Origin: Desulfatiglandales bacterium
GTDB lineage: Bacteria; Desulfobacterota; DSM-4660; Desulfatiglandales; Desulfatiglandaceae
Direction: 5' to 3'
NCBI GenBank assembly: GCA_963666345.1
Contig: OY762721.1
Coordinates: 3,136,001 to 3,200,000 of the forward strand
DNA: 64,000 bases
Numbering within the stretch: position 1 is the first letter of the stretch; every line of letters begins with the position of its first letter. Positions 49,846 through 59,414 of the stretch are shown piece after piece. Below the pieces are notes generated by a model. It did no database searches, had not been told where the DNA came from, and saw nothing but the letters and a program-made list of their open reading frames with translations. The position numbers and the translations under genes are program-made.

Positions 49846-50493
49846 TCAGATCATGACGCCAAGCTCCCGGTGAATCAGATGACATTCGTCCTGGTTTAGC
49901 TTCAGCCTATCCGCCAGGCTTTTCAGGTAGTTCCTTTCAGCGTCCGTATCAACCTCAATTGCCATCAGGGATACAGCATAAACCTGTTTGGCAATATCCT
50001 TTGATTTAACCTGGCCGACAACCGTCTCAAGGTCACAGGGCGAGGCCAGTTCATTATCTATGAATTCCCGTTCTTCGCGGCTAAGGTCTAGGGAATCAAG
50101 CTTTTTCATTATGTTCCGCCGTTCGTCCTGGTCGATCGTCCCGTCGGCGTTTGCTGAAGAAATCATGGCCCTTAATAGCAGGATCGCACCATTTTCATCT
50201 TCGCTTTGCGGCGGGGAGTCTCCCTGCCTGCCGGGAGGAGGCGGTGGAGAATTTGTGCCAGGCACCGGAGGTGGAGTTCTTTGTGCCTGGGGAGGTGCGG
50301 GCGGGGGACCGCCTGCAGGTGGGCCGGGAGGTGCCTTACCCGTGGGGGTCTGCCCCGGTTTGTTCATGAAGTGTTCGGCTGCTGCCATGGCAGCACCAAG
50401 GACTCCCATGCCGACAGCCGCTCTGGTGCCGAGCCGGCCCATTCCGGTACTTTGTTTAAGCAGACCTCCCAGAAGTTTTTCAGGATTAAACAT
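49846..50493 (-). CDS. DUF533/TerB-family protein with Pro-rich linker
   Basis: LLRAMISSANADGTIDQDER, YAVSLMAIEVD...ERNYL; N-terminal hydrophobic helix and PPG-rich tract. Confidence 0.85.
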   Translation of the reverse strand: MFNPEKLLGGLLKQSTGMGRLGTRAAVGMGVLGAAMAAAEHFMNKPGQTPTGKAPPGPPAGGPPPAPPQAQRTPPPVPGTNSPPPPPGRQGDSPPQSEDENGAILLLRAMISSANADGTIDQDERRNIMKKLDSLDLSREEREFIDNELASPCDLETVVGQVKSKDIAKQVYAVSLMAIEVDTDAERNYLKSLADRLKLNQDECHLIHRELGVMI

Positions 50494-50928
50494 GGTGATT
50501 CCTTTCTTGATTGTTGTTTCAGGAAAACAGCGGGTTACAGCAGAAAAATCGAATATTACAATTTTTCCAAAAGTTATGGAAAAGTATAGCAGTCTGATAG
50601 ATGTTTTGCAATTTTTTGTTTGGTTACCCTTAAGCAGGCGTTAGAATTTTTCTAAGATATTCGGGCAATCCGGAATTGGAAAAGGATTGCATTTTACTTC
50701 TCTGTAAAATTAGAGCGGGCAGGGGCACATGGGGCAAAAAAAATTGTCTGATATCCGGATGCCATACCAGATAAGGAGTCAGAAACCGGGATAAATATTG
50801 TGATTGATTTCCCTTGTTTACTGTGGGCAGATTTTGTCGGGAACCACAGGTTTATTTTGTTATGTCGGGGAGTAACGGCTTGAATTAATACAGGGAATGT
50901 TAGGAATCCGGGAAAATGGAAAAAATTA

Positions 50929-50970
50929 TTGACAAGGAAAATTAAAAAGTGATAAAACTGGTCCGACCAG
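50929..50970 (+). promoter_or_regulatory. Promoter with FadR-type operator
   Basis: TTGACA at 50929; palindrome CTGGTC-C-GACCAG (50958-50970) fits the TGGTCNGACCA pattern of GntR/FadR operators. Confidence 0.75.
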
Positions 50971-51012
50971 TAGCTAAGAATCTAAGATGTCGCTAACCTG
51001 GAGTTTCTGCCG

Positions 51013-51720
51013 ATGGATCTAAAACCGATCAAAAGAAAACGTCTTTCAGAATCCGCCATTGATGAGATAAAGGATTTCATCATGAGCAACGAACTCAAGG
51101 AAGGGGACCAGCTCCCATCTGAAAGGGTGCTTGTCCAGAAACTTGAGATAAGCAGGAGTTCCATAAGGGAAGCCCTCCGCATGCTGGAGATCACCGGGTT
51201 GGTTGAAGTAAAGCCCGGCAGAGGCATATTCGTAAGAGACCTTACCGGTGACATATTTACTCCGCTTTCCTCGTGGGTGTCGAATAACAAGGATGCGATA
51301 TACAAACACTTTGAAGCCCGTCTGATACTTGAGCCTGAAATAGCCGCTCTTGCCGCACGAAGGATATCTGAAAAAGATATCCGCCTAATCGAAGAGAACA
51401 TAAAACTTCAGAAGGGCTACGCCGAAAATGAAATCGTTTCCATTATCCGCGCTGATATCGAATTCCACCGTCTTGTTGCCGAATCGGCAAAAAATGAAAC
51501 CATAACCATGCTGATGCATTCTCTGGCCAAGATCTCCTTTCAGGGCTGGAAGGCCGCCCTCAGGGTCGAAGGGAGAAATGACACCGCATGCAGGGAACAC
51601 ATCGAACTGGTGGGCCTTCTGGCCAAGGGAGATGAGAAGGGTTCGCGAAAAGCGATGCGGGAGCATATGCTCGGATCTATTAAGTTGCTGAAAGAACAGG
51701 GTTTGGATTTTCTAGGTTAA
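51013..51720 (+). CDS. GntR/FadR-family transcriptional regulator
   Basis: GDQLPSER, SRSSIREAL, FCD domain (DIEFH, EH...MREH). Confidence 0.94.
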   Translation: MDLKPIKRKRLSESAIDEIKDFIMSNELKEGDQLPSERVLVQKLEISRSSIREALRMLEITGLVEVKPGRGIFVRDLTGDIFTPLSSWVSNNKDAIYKHFEARLILEPEIAALAARRISEKDIRLIEENIKLQKGYAENEIVSIIRADIEFHRLVAESAKNETITMLMHSLAKISFQGWKAALRVEGRNDTACREHIELVGLLAKGDEKGSRKAMREHMLGSIKLLKEQGLDFLG

Positions 51721-51976
51721 TAACTTTTTAAGCAATTCCAGAAAAATATGATTTTTGATATTTCTTCCACCTTTTGAAGGCGTATCGATTATGCCTGAAA
51801 ACAGAGAGTCTTCCTGATAGGTTAAACCGGTTCCGCAACCGGTATCGCTTTCAGCTCTTTGCCGGGAGCGTCTCTCCGTCATGAGAGTCTAAAGGGGGAA
51901 GGAGTATGTCTGTTCCGGTAAAACGTTCCGGGACCCGGTCAATAACCATTAAACGTGATTTATGGAGGGGAATTTC

Positions 51977-53164
51977 ATGAAAAAGAGAATTTTTTTTCCG
52001 GCAGTAGTTGCGCTATTGGTCTTTAGCTTGGCGATACTCGGTTTTTCAGCTTCACCATGTCAGGCCAAGCAGAAGGTAATCAAGTGGCGGGTTCAGGACA
52101 CCTTTGCCGCTGGAATCGCGCTTTCATGGAGCGGTGAGATCCTGGCAAAGACGCTGGAGGATATCGTCCAAACCCCCAATTACCGTCTTGAGGTGGATTA
52201 CCATTACGGTTCGGAACTTTTCCCCATGGCTGAGACCTTTGAAGCGGCAAGAACCGGCGCGCTTGATGCGGCCATCGGCTGGCCGGGTTTTCTGAAGGGT
52301 CTCAACAGTGCCTTAACCTTATTCGGCTCTTTTCCATGCTCGATGACTCCTGAAGACTATGCAATATGGTATTACTATGGCGGCGGCAGGGAACTGGCAA
52401 ACGAGGTCTACGGCAAATACAACATGAAGCCCTTTGCAGCTGGCGGAGGCAGCATTGAAGGCGGACTTTGGTCGCACCACGAAGTAAAGAAACCTGCCGA
52501 TTTTAAAGGCCTTAAGATCAGATGCCCCGGGTTCAGTGAGGATATCCTTACCATGCTGGGGGCGACAACAATGGCCATAAGTCCTGATGAGATATATCTG
52601 GCGGTTGACAGAAAGGTCGTGGACGCGGCGGAGTTTACGTTCCCCTGCGGCGATCTGTCCATCTCCCTGCACGAAGTCGCCGATTATCTGATCGTTCCGG
52701 CCTGGTGGCAGACATATATGATCACCCTGCTTGCCGTGAACACGGACACCTGGAACAGACTTCCCGATGAATTAAAACCTCTTGTTGAGTATGCCACCAA
52801 GGCGTCATACATGGTCGCATATTCAAAATGGGAATATTCTAATATCAAGGCGGTCAAAACGTTTCAGAAGGCGGGCACAAAGATTACAAAACTGGATAGC
52901 CAGACCATAGAAGAACTTGAAAAATTGACAGTCAAACTGGCGGAATCGGAAGCAGCAAAGAATCCCGATTTCCTCAAAGCTGCCAAGTCCATGTACAATT
53001 TTCTCAAAGGCTACGGAGAGTGGCGGGCAATGGCGAAACCTTACGGACAGGGCAAGGTTCACAAATACTTTCCCAAGTTTGTGGATGAAAATCCAACCTT
53101 TGAATGGATCACAGACAAGACCGATCCGAAGTACTATGCTATTTTTGAAAAAGGGGCAAAATAG
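51977..53164 (+). CDS. dctP: TRAP transporter substrate-binding protein (TakP/keto-acid-like)
   Basis: Signal peptide; WRVQ, WYYYGGG, FKGLKIR, VVDAAEF. Confidence 0.9.
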   Translation: MKKRIFFPAVVALLVFSLAILGFSASPCQAKQKVIKWRVQDTFAAGIALSWSGEILAKTLEDIVQTPNYRLEVDYHYGSELFPMAETFEAARTGALDAAIGWPGFLKGLNSALTLFGSFPCSMTPEDYAIWYYYGGGRELANEVYGKYNMKPFAAGGGSIEGGLWSHHEVKKPADFKGLKIRCPGFSEDILTMLGATTMAISPDEIYLAVDRKVVDAAEFTFPCGDLSISLHEVADYLIVPAWWQTYMITLLAVNTDTWNRLPDELKPLVEYATKASYMVAYSKWEYSNIKAVKTFQKAGTKITKLDSQTIEELEKLTVKLAESEAAKNPDFLKAAKSMYNFLKGYGEWRAMAKPYGQGKVHKYFPKFVDENPTFEWITDKTDPKYYAIFEKGAK

Positions 53165-53223
53165 GATTCTTTGAAATCATTGTTTAAATAAACAGATTCA
53201 ATGTAAGACATTAAGTATCCCCG

Positions 53224-53250
53224 GCGGGCGGGGAGCTCGGACTCCCCGCC
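53224..53250 (+). terminator. GC-rich intercistronic hairpin after dctP
   Basis: GGGCGGGGAG...CTCCCCGCCC stem, no T-tail. Confidence 0.5.
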
Positions 53251-53304
53251 CACATTCCGGGGAGGCTCAGCATTGCATCCTAAAACATTTAAGAGAGGAA
53301 TATA

Positions 53305-54147
53305 ATGCAGGTACGGACTACGACAATATCTGAAAATTCCGCAAGCTGGCTGGGAATGCTTGCAGAATGGGGTTTGAGCATCCTGGTGGAAGCCGATGAC
53401 AGTACAATCCTGGTGGATACCGGAGGAGGCATGGTTGCGGCCCATAACGCGCTTTTTATGGACATCGATCTGTCTAAGATTGATAAAATACTTTTCAGCC
53501 ATGGTCATGAGGACCATACGGGCGGACTACTGAACTTATTAAGACTTCGTAAAAAGCCGATCGAGATAATTGCCCATCCTGACGTATGGGATCTGAAGTA
53601 TTGGAAAACATCGGAAAAGGAGGATTTCGGTTATATCGGTATCCCCTATCCCCGGGAAATGGCCGAGAGCCTGGGCGCTTCCTTTAATTTGACGGCCGAA
53701 CCGGTTTGGATCACAGACAATATCGTTACAAGCGGCGAAGTTCCTATGGTGACTGAGTATGAGAAGATCGACAACAGCGCCTTTGTCAAGACGGAAGACG
53801 GCTTTGGCCCGGATCCACTCAGAGATGACCAGACCCTGTTTATCAAATCCGATAAGGGCCTTATAATAGTGTCGGGTTGCGCCCACAGAGGTATCATCAA
53901 CACAATCAAGCATGCCCAGAAACTGACAGGTTGTGACGATGTCTATGCGGTCATAGGAGGCATTCATCTGTTCGGTGCCTCTAAGGAACGACTCGATCGG
54001 ACAGTCGAGGAATTCAGGCGGCTGGATATAAAGAAAATAGGGGTATCTCACTGCACAGGTCCATATGCCGGCGCTGTTCTTTCCCAGGAGTTTAAAGACA
54101 GGTTCTTTTTCAATCTTTCAGGTACTTCTACCGTTTTTCAGGTCTAA
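53305..54147 (+). CDS. MBL-fold metallo-hydrolase
   Basis: AEWGLS, LVDTG, SHGHEDHTGG, GCAHRG, GGIHL, SHCTG. Confidence 0.9.
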   Translation: MQVRTTTISENSASWLGMLAEWGLSILVEADDSTILVDTGGGMVAAHNALFMDIDLSKIDKILFSHGHEDHTGGLLNLLRLRKKPIEIIAHPDVWDLKYWKTSEKEDFGYIGIPYPREMAESLGASFNLTAEPVWITDNIVTSGEVPMVTEYEKIDNSAFVKTEDGFGPDPLRDDQTLFIKSDKGLIIVSGCAHRGIINTIKHAQKLTGCDDVYAVIGGIHLFGASKERLDRTVEEFRRLDIKKIGVSHCTGPYAGAVLSQEFKDRFFFNLSGTSTVFQV

Positions 54148-54189
54148 GAACTACCGGTTTTGAGTATGTTTATTTTAGAAGGGGTTAAT

Positions 54190-54702
54190 ATGGAAATACT
54201 TCGTATCATTGCAGACAAAATTGACTCCATAAATGAATGGATAGGAAAAATCAGTCAGTGGGGGATAGTGGTACTTGTGACGGTATTCATTATCGAATCC
54301 GTACTTAGAAAGGTTTTTTCAGCGCCACAGATATGGTTTACAGAGACTTCCTATTTTATTTACGGTTACTATATGATGTTCGGGTCCGTCTATACCCTGC
54401 TTCATAAAGGGCATGTGGGCATCGACCTGTTTTCTGAAAAGCTTCCCGAAAAAGGGAGGCACCTGCTGTCAATAACATGCTACCTCGTGTTTACCTGTGT
54501 GTTCGCTTTAGCCATGATAAAGGGGGGGATACCCATCGCCGTCAAATCATGGCAGGCAATGGAACAGGGTCACAGTGTATGGCGTCCTCCTATCGCTCAT
54601 TTCAGAACCGTAATCCCCGTGGCTTTTTTCTTTTTGCTCATACAGGGGATCTCCTCAATCCTAAAACACATAGTTGCACTCAAAGGGACGAGTTATGAAT
54701 GA
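54190..54702 (+). CDS. dctQ: TRAP transporter small permease
   Basis: IDSINEWIGK, APQIWFTE, YTLLHKGHVGID. Confidence 0.9.
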   Translation: MEILRIIADKIDSINEWIGKISQWGIVVLVTVFIIESVLRKVFSAPQIWFTETSYFIYGYYMMFGSVYTLLHKGHVGIDLFSEKLPEKGRHLLSITCYLVFTCVFALAMIKGGIPIAVKSWQAMEQGHSVWRPPIAHFRTVIPVAFFFLLIQGISSILKHIVALKGTSYE

Positions 54703-56011
54703 TAATCTATTTCTGGCTGTTATCGGAGTAATAACTATAGGTAGCCTTTTCCTCGGCCACCCTGTCGCCCTCACCTTCGGCGGACTCGGTATAATACTGG
54801 GGCTTATTTTCATCGGGCCTGCAGCCTTGCCCATAGCGATAACCAAGACCTATTCCGTAATGGTGAGCTTTCCTCTTATCGCTATTCCCCTTTTCATCTT
54901 TATGGCCTATATACTGGAAAAATCGGGTGTGGCAAAAATCATGTTTGACGGAATACGGGAGCTGGTTGCGCCCATTCACGGAGGGCTCGCCATTGCCGTT
55001 ACCATAGTCTGCACCGTCTTTGCCGCGAGCACGGGAATTATCGGGGCTTCGATCGTCAGCATGGGTGTGCTGGCAGGGCCTTATCTGCTCGAACATGGCT
55101 ATGACAAGAAATTGACTGTCGGAACGATCATGGCGGGAGGGACCCTGGGGATTTTGATCCCTCCCAGTTTGCTTCTGATAGTTCTTGGAGCGGTGGCAGG
55201 GATCTCCGTTGGTCAGCTTTTTATAGGGGCTATAGGCCCGGGCCTTTTACTTTCAGCGCTTTACGTCATCTATATATATGTAAGATGCAGAATTAATCCT
55301 CAAATGGGGCCGCCTGTGCCAAAGGAAGAGATCGGGCCCCTGAAAGATCGTCTCAGGGTAGGGCTGAAAAGTGTAACACCTCCGATCCTTCTCATGTCCG
55401 TTGTCCTTGGTTCCATCTTCTTCGGTATTGCGACTCCATCCGAGGCGGGGGCGATCGGGGCATTCGCCGCAATGATACTGGCACTCTGTTACCGAAAACT
55501 TACGATTGCCAATCTCTACTATGCCACCACCGCAACGGTCAAGACCTCATGTATGGTGCTTTTCATTATTGTAGGGGTTAATATCTTCTCGGCCATGTTT
55601 ATGGCAATGGGATGCGGCAAGACCCTGGGAACCCTTTATATGGCCCTGGGAAGTAAATGGATGTTTTTTGCCCTTACAATGGCACTTATTTATCTGCTTG
55701 GAATGATAATTGACTGGACGGCTATTCTGATGCTTCTCATTCCGATATTTTTCCCGATAGCTCAAAAAATATACGGACTGGATCCCTTCTGGTTCGGGAT
55801 GCTGGTTGCGGTCAATCTTCAGGTTTCCTTTTTGTCGCCGCCTTTCGGTTATGCCCTGTTTTTCATGAAATCCCTGAAATTGCCGGGGGTGACCCTGGGG
55901 GATATCTACAAAGGTTCTGTCCCCTTTATCGGGTTGCAGATTGTGGGGTTGATCCTGATTGCAATGTTCCCCGGACTTGTTACATATCTGACGGATCTGG
56001 CATTTAAATAG
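54695..56011 (+). CDS. dctM: TRAP transporter large permease
   Basis: AIPLFIFM, GGTLGILIPPS, ATPSEAGA, SFLSPPFG. Confidence 0.93.
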   Translation: MNDNLFLAVIGVITIGSLFLGHPVALTFGGLGIILGLIFIGPAALPIAITKTYSVMVSFPLIAIPLFIFMAYILEKSGVAKIMFDGIRELVAPIHGGLAIAVTIVCTVFAASTGIIGASIVSMGVLAGPYLLEHGYDKKLTVGTIMAGGTLGILIPPSLLLIVLGAVAGISVGQLFIGAIGPGLLLSALYVIYIYVRCRINPQMGPPVPKEEIGPLKDRLRVGLKSVTPPILLMSVVLGSIFFGIATPSEAGAIGAFAAMILALCYRKLTIANLYYATTATVKTSCMVLFIIVGVNIFSAMFMAMGCGKTLGTLYMALGSKWMFFALTMALIYLLGMIIDWTAILMLLIPIFFPIAQKIYGLDPFWFGMLVAVNLQVSFLSPPFGYALFFMKSLKLPGVTLGDIYKGSVPFIGLQIVGLILIAMFPGLVTYLTDLAFK

Positions 56012-56059
56012 GCATTAACGCTATGAAATGATTAATGATCTGAAGTTTATCTTTTCGTT

Positions 56060-56091
56060 CAAAAAAGGCAGGGGCTAACCCTGCCTTTTTT
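56060..56091. terminator. Bidirectional rho-independent terminator
   Basis: AAAAAAGGCAGGG-GCTAA-CCCTGCCTTTTTT. Confidence 0.85.
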
Positions 56092-56177
56092 GTCCGGGAC
56101 AGTGGCCAATATGCCAAAAGGCCCCTTCCGCAGGGAAAACCAAGGCTTATGGAAAGAAGACAAGCAGAACGGAGTTT

Positions 56178-56465
56178 CTAGGTGGGATCGGTATAATGCC
56201 TTGAAACCATTTTTATATGATGCCGGCAAGGTCCATCAGGCCGTTTTTCCTTTGGCAGGGAATTGATCTCGGGATCAAATCTGTCGAATCTGTCGGAATC
56301 TCTTTCATTTTTTGGAATAAACATCAGTCTTGTGGAACTTAACTCAATGACCTTGTAATCATACCTGTAAGGACTGATGTCTATTCCTGAAAATCTTTTT
56401 CTTTTGCCATCTGAGCGCTCTTTTTCCGGGATACCGGAATCTGTCCTGTTTTCATGCCTTGACAT
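56178..56465 (-). CDS. Hypothetical protein (95 aa)
   Basis: Directly follows the 59-aa ORF on the same strand; no recognisable motif. Confidence 0.4.
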   Translation of the reverse strand: MSRHENRTDSGIPEKERSDGKRKRFSGIDISPYRYDYKVIELSSTRLMFIPKNERDSDRFDRFDPEINSLPKEKRPDGPCRHHIKMVSRHYTDPT

Positions 56466-56477
56466 AAGATGTGCCTT

Positions 56478-56657
56478 TTACTGGGTAAGATTTTTCTCTT
56501 TCAGCAGTTTGATCAGGTGTTCAATCATGGAGCGCCTCATTTCCGGAGAAAGTCTTAGAGCCCTGTTGAGCACGTATATGCTGCATTTCAATGCCTCTTC
56601 CCTGGTCTTGTTTGCCTCATTTACGGCCTTTGAAAATGCGTAGAAATCGACGTCCAT
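56478..56657 (-). CDS. Small hypothetical helical protein (59 aa), not in the ORF track
   Basis: RBS AAAAGGAG; MDVDFYAFSKAVNEANKTREEALKCSIYVLNRALRLSPEMRRSMIEHLIKLLKEKNLTQ*. Confidence 0.7.
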   Translation of the reverse strand: MDVDFYAFSKAVNEANKTREEALKCSIYVLNRALRLSPEMRRSMIEHLIKLLKEKNLTQ

Positions 56658-56701
56658 ACAATCTCCTTTTGAGTTTAATGGCCTTCAGCAAAAATATATC
56701 T

Positions 56702-56844
56702 TTCAATAAATGTGCCAAATTGTGTGATATTAGAAAAAAAGCCATAAATTAAGTTAGTTGGGTGGTCTGAAGTTATGGAAGTTGTTTCACTGAAAATAGG
56801 CGCGATGCACATTTTAGTGTGCATTGCGCACTGAAAAATGTGCA
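56702..56844 (-). promoter_or_regulatory. Sigma54 promoter with tandem upstream enhancer palindromes
   Basis: Minus strand TTGGCACATTTATTGAA (56702-56718); TGCAC-N8-GTGCA (56806-56823) and CGCAC-N8-GTGCA (56827-56844). Confidence 0.65.
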
Positions 56845-57248
56845 AAAAGTGCATGCTCATTAAAGGAATGCTTTTGAAGGAGGCTGGAGAATCTCTTAAT
56901 AATTTGCAATAAATTGAGATCGATAAAAATTTGATTTTTTTAGAAAATTATGCTGTAAATATTAGGGATATTGACCTTTATTAAATCATTCTCGCCTCTT
57001 AAAACCTGACTTTGGTAATAAGAAATAGGTGCAACACCTGGGACACCTTTTTGGAGTTCCGCTTATCAGCTGTACTATTATCTCTAATGAATAACGTCTT
57101 GTGCTTTCTTTTTTGAAATTATTCTATGAGGAACGTTAAACCCCTCATAATACTGGTGAGCCGGAGGTAGCTTTCCAAATGTCCTGAGTAATAGTTGGGC
57201 TTGTATAATCAATCGTATTTCAATGTTTCACGTTTGGAGCAAGGGAAA

Positions 57249-59414
57249 ATGTATGAGTTCAAGTATTCCAACATTGAAAGGGAGATGAAGGTCTATGGTT
57301 ATGATTCAGTAACGAAGAGTCATTGCCGGATGTGTCATGGCGGGTGCGGGGTTCTTGTCTACGTGAAGGACGACAAAGTTGCAAAGATCGCGGGTGATCC
57401 TGACTGCCCGATCAATCACGGCACCCTATGCAGCAAAGGAATCGCATCCGCGCAGCTTGCCTATCACCCTGACCGGATCACCTATCCGGTCAAAAGGATG
57501 GGGGCCAAGGGGAGCGGCAGATGGAAACGGATCTCCTGGGATGAGGCCCTCGACCTGATTGCAGCCAGAATCCTTGATTATAAGGATAGATACGGCGCTG
57601 AATCGGTCGTCATGGGATATGGGACAGGAAGGGAGAACGAGGCCGTTATCTATCGTTTTGCAAACCTTCTGGGCAGCCCCAACGTTCTGACCGCAGGTCA
57701 TTTCTGTTACGGCCCCCGGATTGCCACATCCATAATTACCTGTGGTACCAACCCGATCGTGGATTATGAAAACAAGCCCGAATGCATAATGGCCTGGGGA
57801 AGCAACATCGTCATCAGCAACCCCGACGAGTATAAGGGAGAGTCTTTATCCGTTGCTCTGGATAATGGGGCAAGGCTCATTGTAGTGGATCCCAGAATGA
57901 CGCGCCTTGCGGCAAGGGCCGATATATGGCTTCAGCTGAGACCCGGCACCGATGCGGCTCTTGCCCTCGGAATCCTGAATGTTATCATTAATGAAGGTCT
58001 GCATGACAAGGAATTTGTCGAAAATCATGTCCATGGGTGGACTCCTTTTGTGGAACGGGTAAACCAGTACCCTCTTGAGAGGGTGGAAGAAATTACCTGG
58101 GTGCCGAGGGATAAGATAGAGAGAGCTGCACGGGTCTTTGCCTCTGCCGGATCTGCCGCGGTTCAATGGGGTGTCGCCATCGAGCAGCAGGTCAATTGCG
58201 CGGACAATGACAGGCTGCTGGTAGCTATCATGGGGATAACCGGCAACATCGATGCCCCAGGCGGGCAGGTCCTTTTTCAGCAGCCCAAGATCAGGAATGT
58301 GGGCCATTTCGGAGCCCACAGGATACTGCCGGACATTCAACGCGAAAAAAGGCTCGGCGGGGACCGGTTCCGGCTTGGGGGTAACTTTGCCATAATCAAT
58401 CCCAAATGCGTGTGGGACGCCGTTCTGGAAGAAAAGCCCTACCCTGTAAAGATGCTCTTTTTTATAAGTTCAAATCCGCTTATGACCAGGGGAAATGCAA
58501 AAGAGGTCTACCGGGCGCTTGAAAAGGTTGATTTTATGGCGGTGTCCGATTTTTTTATCACGCCAACCGCCGAGATGGCGGACATAGTCCTGCCTGCCGC
58601 CACCTGGCTTGAGATGGATTACATAGGTGATTTCTGGAAACGGCACGGGTACATCCTGCCGAGAAGAAAAGTGGTTCAGGTGGGGGAGTGCCGCTCGGAC
58701 CATGAGATGCTCAATGACCTGGCGCACAGGGTAGGGCAGGGTGAGCAGTGGTGGGATAATTTTGAACAGGCACTTGACTGGATACTGGAGCCGCTTGACA
58801 TTACATGGCAGGATTTCAAGAAAATGGACTACCTGAGAGGGGAGGTCGTCAACCTGAAATACAGGGAAAGAGGATTTTCGACCCCTTCACGAAAGCTGGA
58901 GCTCTACTCCACGAGCTTAGAAAAATTGGGGTATGACCCCCTGCCTCAATTCAGGGAACCACCTGAAAGTCCTTACAGTACACCTGAATTATATAAGAAA
59001 TTCTCCTATATCCTGATCACCGGGCGAAGGCTTCCGGGTTTTTTTCATTCAGAGAACAGGCAACTGCCATGGATGCGGGAACTCCATAGAGATCCAGTGG
59101 TTGAAATCCATCCTGAAGCGGCTGAAAAGGAAGGTATTAAAGAGGGCCAGTGGGTGATAATCGAATCCCCCCGCGGCAGGATAAGGCAAAGGGCGAAACT
59201 TTTTGCCGGGATGGACAAAAGGGTCATATCCGCCGAGCATGGCTGGTGGTTTCCGGAGCAAAAGGACCCGAGTCATGGCTGGCAAGAGTCAAACGTGAAC
59301 ATCCTGACCGACAATGCCTATGAGGCGTGTGATCCGGCAATGGGCGCAACGCATGTGAGGACGCTTCTCTGCAGGGTGTATCCTGAAGAGGCAAAAAAAG
59401 GAGACACGGCATGA
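57249..59414 (+). CDS. Molybdopterin (Mo/W-bisPGD) oxidoreductase, acetylene-hydratase-like clade
   Basis: CRMCHGGC...C [4Fe-4S], ISWDEALD, GHFCYG (Cys ligand), LRPGTDAAL, ADIVLPAA, HGWWFPE; no Tat signal. Confidence 0.9.
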   Translation: MYEFKYSNIEREMKVYGYDSVTKSHCRMCHGGCGVLVYVKDDKVAKIAGDPDCPINHGTLCSKGIASAQLAYHPDRITYPVKRMGAKGSGRWKRISWDEALDLIAARILDYKDRYGAESVVMGYGTGRENEAVIYRFANLLGSPNVLTAGHFCYGPRIATSIITCGTNPIVDYENKPECIMAWGSNIVISNPDEYKGESLSVALDNGARLIVVDPRMTRLAARADIWLQLRPGTDAALALGILNVIINEGLHDKEFVENHVHGWTPFVERVNQYPLERVEEITWVPRDKIERAARVFASAGSAAVQWGVAIEQQVNCADNDRLLVAIMGITGNIDAPGGQVLFQQPKIRNVGHFGAHRILPDIQREKRLGGDRFRLGGNFAIINPKCVWDAVLEEKPYPVKMLFFISSNPLMTRGNAKEVYRALEKVDFMAVSDFFITPTAEMADIVLPAATWLEMDYIGDFWKRHGYILPRRKVVQVGECRSDHEMLNDLAHRVGQGEQWWDNFEQALDWILEPLDITWQDFKKMDYLRGEVVNLKYRERGFSTPSRKLELYSTSLEKLGYDPLPQFREPPESPYSTPELYKKFSYILITGRRLPGFFHSENRQLPWMRELHRDPVVEIHPEAAEKEGIKEGQWVIIESPRGRIRQRAKLFAGMDKRVISAEHGWWFPEQKDPSHGWQESNVNILTDNAYEACDPAMGATHVRTLLCRVYPEEAKKGDTA

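Noticed and set aside
56880..57248. Searched for a Moco/tungsten cofactor riboswitch upstream of the Mo enzyme
   Set aside because: No recognisable conserved motif or multistem structure by eye
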